NCBI GenBank assembly: GCA_036524715.1
Contig: DATDBV010000494.1
Span: forward strand, 1 to 48,840
Source: Nakamurella sp.
Lineage (GTDB): Bacteria; Actinomycetota; Actinomycetes; Mycobacteriales; Nakamurellaceae
Direction: 5' to 3'
DNA: 48,840 nucleotides
Under the pieces are notes generated by a model. That model had not been told where the DNA came from and searched no databases. It worked only from the letters and a program-made list of their open reading frames with translations. Positions 39,004-48,840 of the stretch are shown in pieces. Numbering within the stretch: the stretch's first letter is position 1; every line of letters begins with the position of its first letter. Both the position numbers and the translations under genes were made by a program.

Positions 39004-40692
39004 TCAGACGGCCTTCGAGGCCTCGGTGACGGGGAGCCCGTTGCGGGTGCGCCGGCGCGGGCGGCGCCGTCGAGCGGCGGGCGCGGACTCGGCGGCACCG
39101 TCCACTGGCGTGTCGGCCAAGCTGTCCGTCGCGGTATGGTCGGCAGTGGCGGTCGACCGCGCCCCGCGAGTGCGCTGCCGGCGTCGGCCGCCCGAAGTTG
39201 CCGCGGTAGCCGAGTCGGTGGCGGAGGCACCGGCATCGTGCCCGGCCTTCTTCCGGCTCCGACCGGCGCTGCGGCGCTTGCCGCCGGTCTCGCCGAGGTC
39301 CTCCACCTGCTCGGCGTCCAGCCCCGCGCGGGTCTGTGCCGCGCTCGGCAGCTCGCCGGTGGTGCCCTCGGGGATGTCCAGATCCGCGAACAGGTGCTCG
39401 GACGTGGAATAGGTCTCGTTCGGATCGTTGAAGTCCAGTCCGAGGGCCTGATTGATCAGCTGCCAGCGCGGCACGTCGTCCCAGTCGATGAAGGAGACGG
39501 CGATGCCGGTCTTGCCGGCCCGGCCGGTGCGGCCGATCCGGTGGACGTAGGTCTTCTCCTCTTCCGGGCACTGGAAGTTGATCACATGTGTGACGTCGTC
39601 CACATCGATGCCGCGGGCGGCGACGTCGGTGGCGACCAGCACGTCGACCTTGCCGGAGCGGAACGCCCGCAGCGCCTGCTCCCGGGCGCCCTGCCCCAGG
39701 TCACCGTGGACGGCGGCCGCGGCGAACCCGCGTTCCTCGAGGTCCTCGGCGACCTTGGCTGCGGTCCGCTTGGTCCTGGTGAACACCATGGTCAGGCCGC
39801 GGTCGCGGGCCTGCAGGACCCGAGCGAGCATCTCGACCTTGTCCAGCGCGTGCGCGCGGTAGACGAGCTGCCGGGTCGAGCTGTGCATGGCGCCCTCGGC
39901 GGCGGCCTCGGCTCGGATGTGGGTCGGGCGGGACATGAACGTCCGGGCCAGCGTGAGGATCGGGCCGGGCATGGTGGCGGAGAACAGCAGGGTCTGCTTG
40001 ACCGTCGGGACCAGGTCCAGCACCTTCTCCATGTCCGGCAGGAAGCCAAGGTCGAGCATCTCGTCGGCCTCGTCCAGCACCAGCATCCTGACCCCACCGA
40101 GCACCAGGTGCCCGGACTTGGCCAGGTCGAGCAGCCGGCCCGGGGTACCGACCACCAGGTCGACGCCCGACTGCAGGGCCTTGATCTGCGGCTCGTACGC
40201 GCGACCGCCGTACACCGCGGTCACCGCCAGACCCAGTGCCCTGCCGATCTGATGCAGGTCCCGGGTGACCTGCACGCACAGCTCGCGGGTAGGCACCATG
40301 ACGACCGCGCGGGGCGCGCGGCCGGCCGGCAGCTTGCCGGTGGGGTCGAGAGAGACGGCATTGTCGTGGGCGAGCCGCTGCAGCAGGGGGACGCCGAAGC
40401 CCAGGGTCTTGCCCATGCCGGTGCGGGCCTGGCCGATCAGGTCGGATCCGGTGAGCGCGATGGGCAGGGTCAGCGCCTGGATCGCGAAGGTGTGCTCGAT
40501 GCCGGCCTCGGCCAGCACCTGGACGATCCGCTCGTCGACGCCGAACTCGGCGAAGGTGGGGGATTCCGGGCGGACGGGGGCGTCCGCGGCCAGCGGGTGT
40601 GATCGCGCGGCGTCGTCCGGGTCGATGGCCGCGTCGGCGACCACGCCGTCCGGGTCATCGATGGTGGGGCTGATCAGGCTGTTCTGCGTCAT
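39004..40692 (-). CDS. DEAD-box RNA helicase (Rv3211/RhlE-like)
   Basis: ARTGMGKT, PTREL, TPGR, DEAD, SAT, ARGID, HRIGRTGRAG and a basic tail. GGAAGG RBS before ATG 40692. Confidence 0.95.
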   Translation of the reverse strand: MTQNSLISPTIDDPDGVVADAAIDPDDAARSHPLAADAPVRPESPTFAEFGVDERIVQVLAEAGIEHTFAIQALTLPIALTGSDLIGQARTGMGKTLGFGVPLLQRLAHDNAVSLDPTGKLPAGRAPRAVVMVPTRELCVQVTRDLHQIGRALGLAVTAVYGGRAYEPQIKALQSGVDLVVGTPGRLLDLAKSGHLVLGGVRMLVLDEADEMLDLGFLPDMEKVLDLVPTVKQTLLFSATMPGPILTLARTFMSRPTHIRAEAAAEGAMHSSTRQLVYRAHALDKVEMLARVLQARDRGLTMVFTRTKRTAAKVAEDLEERGFAAAAVHGDLGQGAREQALRAFRSGKVDVLVATDVAARGIDVDDVTHVINFQCPEEEKTYVHRIGRTGRAGKTGIAVSFIDWDDVPRWQLINQALGLDFNDPNETYSTSEHLFADLDIPEGTTGELPSAAQTRAGLDAEQVEDLGETGGKRRSAGRSRKKAGHDAGASATDSATAATSGGRRRQRTRGARSTATADHTATDSLADTPVDGAAESAPAARRRRPRRRTRNGLPVTEASKAV

Positions 40693-41119
40693 GCAAGGTG
40701 CCTTCCGAGTCGTCCGCGCGCGTTCACGCGACAAGGAAGGCGCTCCCCCAGGAAATCGGTCCCCGATGGGCTCCCCGCCGTCCGCCCCGTACGGTCGGCG
40801 AATCGTCGTCGTCGAGCTGCCCGGGTCGTTCGATCGGGTCCGCTGTTGCGGTTCCCCGGCGCGCTTCGCGCGTCGCAATGCCTGGTCAACCGGGCGCGTA
40901 TCCGCGCAAACCCCGGTTGTTCCGACGGGCAGTCGGTCCGATTCGGCCGTCCGCGCGGGTGACGCGCGCACAATACCGCGGTGCGACTGTCGCACCGTCA
41001 CACTCATCGTACCTGCACAGGTGCCCCGATCGGCGCATCGCCGGACGGCGCCGTGGGCCGCCCGTTAGGCTCGACCCCTCAGCGGTTGTCGACGAAGGTT
41101 CTGGACGTTGGAGTGAGGG

Positions 41120-41806
41120 ATGAGCAGAGCGCAACCGGCGGAGCCTGCGTCGGCCGGGACGTTGCCGCGGCCGGATCCCGCGGTCGTGGATCTGCTCGGC
41201 GTCCTCGCCTATGGGGAACTGTCCGCGTTCGACCGGATGGCCGCCGACGCGCGATGGGCGCCGACCATGTCCGGTCGGGTCCAGCTGTCCGCCATGGCCA
41301 CCGCCGAGATGGGTCACTTCACCGCGCTGTCCTCTCACCTGGCCGCTCGGGGTGTCGCCGTCGAGGAAGCGATGAAGCCGTTCGCGGCGCCGTTCGACGC
41401 CTTCCACGACTCCACGGCCCCGCACTCCTGGCTGGAGTCCCTGGTCAAGGCGCATGTCGGGGACGGGCTGGCCGCGGACTTCTACCGGGAGATCGCCGAG
41501 TGGCTGGATCCGGTGACGCGGGATCTGGTGTTCGAGGTGCTGGCCGATTCAGGGCATTCCGCATTCGCGGTGCGTGAGGTCCGCAAGGCCTGTCAGGCCG
41601 ACCCCCGGGTGGCCGGACCGCTTGCCCTCTGGGGACGCCGGCTGCTCGGTGAGGCGATCACCCAGGCCCAATATGTGGTGGCCGACCGGGACACCCTGGC
41701 CGAGCTGATCGTCACCGGCTCCGGCGACCTGGCCGGCATCGCCGCCCTGTTCCGGCGGCTGCAGCAGGGGCACACCGAACGGATGAAGTCGCTCGGGCTG
41801 GCGTGA
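41120..41806 (+). CDS. Ferritin-like fold (MiaE-like, Rv3210c-like) protein
   Basis: [31 protein letters not shown] and LWGRRL.GEA. Confidence 0.88.
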   Translation: MSRAQPAEPASAGTLPRPDPAVVDLLGVLAYGELSAFDRMAADARWAPTMSGRVQLSAMATAEMGHFTALSSHLAARGVAVEEAMKPFAAPFDAFHDSTAPHSWLESLVKAHVGDGLAADFYREIAEWLDPVTRDLVFEVLADSGHSAFAVREVRKACQADPRVAGPLALWGRRLLGEAITQAQYVVADRDTLAELIVTGSGDLAGIAALFRRLQQGHTERMKSLGLA

Positions 41807-41813
41807 GGCGCCG

Positions 41814-42581
41814 GTGGCGCACTTCGTCAAGCGCCGGACCGACGCGCCGCCCGGCTTCTTCGCCTGGGAGGCGGCCGGGCTGGGCTATCTGGGAGCGGTC
41901 TCGGGCGGGACTGCAGTGGTCGGCGTCCGCGAGGTCGGCGACACCCGCATCGTGCTGGATCGGATCCCGACGATCCCGGGGAGCCGGGGCGCGGCCGAGG
42001 CCTTCGGACGATCCCTGGCGGTCACCCATGGGGCGGGTGCGGTCGCGTTCGGCGCGGCGCCGCCGGGCTGGGTCGGGGACGGCTGGATCGGCCGGCAGGC
42101 GCTGCCCGCCGGCCCGTTCGACCGCTGGGGCGAGTTCTATGCCGAAGCGCGACTGCAGCCGTACGCGCGGGCGGCGCATCGGATCGGCAACCTGTCCGAC
42201 GCGGCCGCGCGGCGGGTCGACCTGGTCTGCGAGCGACTCGCGGCCGGTGAGTTCGACGACGACGAGCCGCCCGCCCGGATCCACGGCGACCTGTGGGGCG
42301 GCAACGTCCTCTACCGAGCGGAGAACACCGGGGTCGAGGCCGTGCTCATCGACCCGGCGGCGCACGGCGGCCACCGGCTGACCGACCTGGCCATGCTCGC
42401 GCTGTTCGGCACCGAGCACATGGCCGGCGTGTTCGCGGCGTACACCGAATCGGCCGCCATTCGCCCCGATTGGCCGGATCTGATCGGCTTGCACCAGCTG
42501 CATCCGTTGCTGGTGCACGCCGTCACGCACGGTCCCGGCTACGGCCGTCAGGCGGCCGAGGTGGCTGCGCGGTACACATAG
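41814..42581 (+). CDS. Fructosamine kinase family protein
   Basis: EAAGL..L, IHGDLWGGN, LIDPAAHGGH and LHQL.PLL.H. Confidence 0.88.
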   Translation: MAHFVKRRTDAPPGFFAWEAAGLGYLGAVSGGTAVVGVREVGDTRIVLDRIPTIPGSRGAAEAFGRSLAVTHGAGAVAFGAAPPGWVGDGWIGRQALPAGPFDRWGEFYAEARLQPYARAAHRIGNLSDAAARRVDLVCERLAAGEFDDDEPPARIHGDLWGGNVLYRAENTGVEAVLIDPAAHGGHRLTDLAMLALFGTEHMAGVFAAYTESAAIRPDWPDLIGLHQLHPLLVHAVTHGPGYGRQAAEVAARYT

Positions 42582-42812
42582 CAGCCGTCGGATGTGTCCG
42601 ACCGTGTGATTGACTCCGCAACGCCTGTGTTTGGTGAGCGCGAGCGGCGCGGACAGGCCAGGATGAAGCGGGCACGTTGCAGTGCATGCGTCGACCGCTT
42701 TCCGGCGACCGGAAACCCCGATCGCGCGCCCACCCGAACCACTGGGCGCGACGGGACTCACCGGCACGGAGCGGCACGCACTCTTGTCGAAGTGGATGGA
42801 GGAGCGCCAGGC

Positions 42813-48371
<5,559 letters not shown>

Positions 48372-48385
48372 TCCGTGCGGCGGAT

Positions 48386-48414
48386 GGCCCGGTCGGCACT
48401 GCGCCGGCCGGGCC
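48386..48414 (+). terminator. Terminator hairpin after the carboxylase
   Basis: GGCCCGGTCGGC…GCCGGCCGGGCC followed by TTCT. Confidence 0.65.
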
Positions 48415-48446
48415 TTCTGCTGTTGATGCACCCCCCGCCGTGAGCG

Positions 48447-48840
48447 TCAGGCGCGGGCCGGAAGCCGGCGGGCGCGGAGCACCAACGGCACCGCGGCGAC
48501 GACGATCGCGGCCGACAGGGCATTGAGCCCGCCGAACCCGATCAGGCCCAGCAGCGGCCCGGAGCCGGCCGCGCCGATGGCTGCGGACACGTTCATCGCC
48601 GCGTCCGACCCGCCCTGCACCCGGGTGCGGTCGGCTGCCGGCACCGACTCGGTCAGCAGGGTCGACGCCGGCACCAGGACCAGCGACCAGCCCACCCCAA
48701 GCAGGAACAGGCCGGCGGTCACCATCGCCATCGACGATCCGGCGGTGCCGGCGATCAGGGTCGCGAGCAGCAGGACGCCGCCGCCGGCGACGATCACCGG
48801 GTAGCGGCCCCACCGGTCCGCGGCCCAGCCGACCAGTGGC
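48447..48840 (-). CDS. MFS transporter, C-terminal part (truncated by window edge)
   Basis: GWAADRWGR loop motif, LLGVGWS, R.RVQG..D and several TM helices. Confidence 0.85.
   Translation of the reverse strand, partial: PLVGWAADRWGRYPVIVAGGGVLLLATLIAGTAGSSMAMVTAGLFLLGVGWSLVLVPASTLLTESVPAADRTRVQGGSDAAMNVSAAIGAAGSGPLLGLIGFGGLNALSAAIVVAAVPLVLRARRLPARA

Overview
High-GC actinobacterial chromosome segment, mostly conserved core genes: pduO-type adenosyltransferase, murA, nucS; a DUF3107-TetR-hydrolase-DUF3152-moeZ-ATL-adnAB block; folP2-tag-glgM/glgC-sigE-rseA-htrA-tatB-mrp-corA-PHP; a DEAD-box helicase and a ferritin-like gene; then a 1852-aa single-chain, eukaryote-type acyl-CoA carboxylase and a partial MFS gene. 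No rRNA, tRNA, CRISPR, transposase or integrase was seen. Four observations stand out. (1) A 34-bp element with two DnaA-box-like sites occurs twice (6372-6405 and 12694-12727, 31/34 identical). Both copies sit at the same offset from a -10-like hexamer, in front of two apparent accessory inserts, suggesting an uncharacterised regulon. (2) One of those inserts is a translationally coupled small helical protein plus lipase-like protein pair resembling a type VII secretion substrate, with no adjacent immunity gene. (3) The multidomain carboxylase contains a eukaryotic-like central region. (4) An ~83-bp double-hairpin tandem array fills the first intergenic region. Family calls come from motif recognition and recalled gene order, not from database searches.
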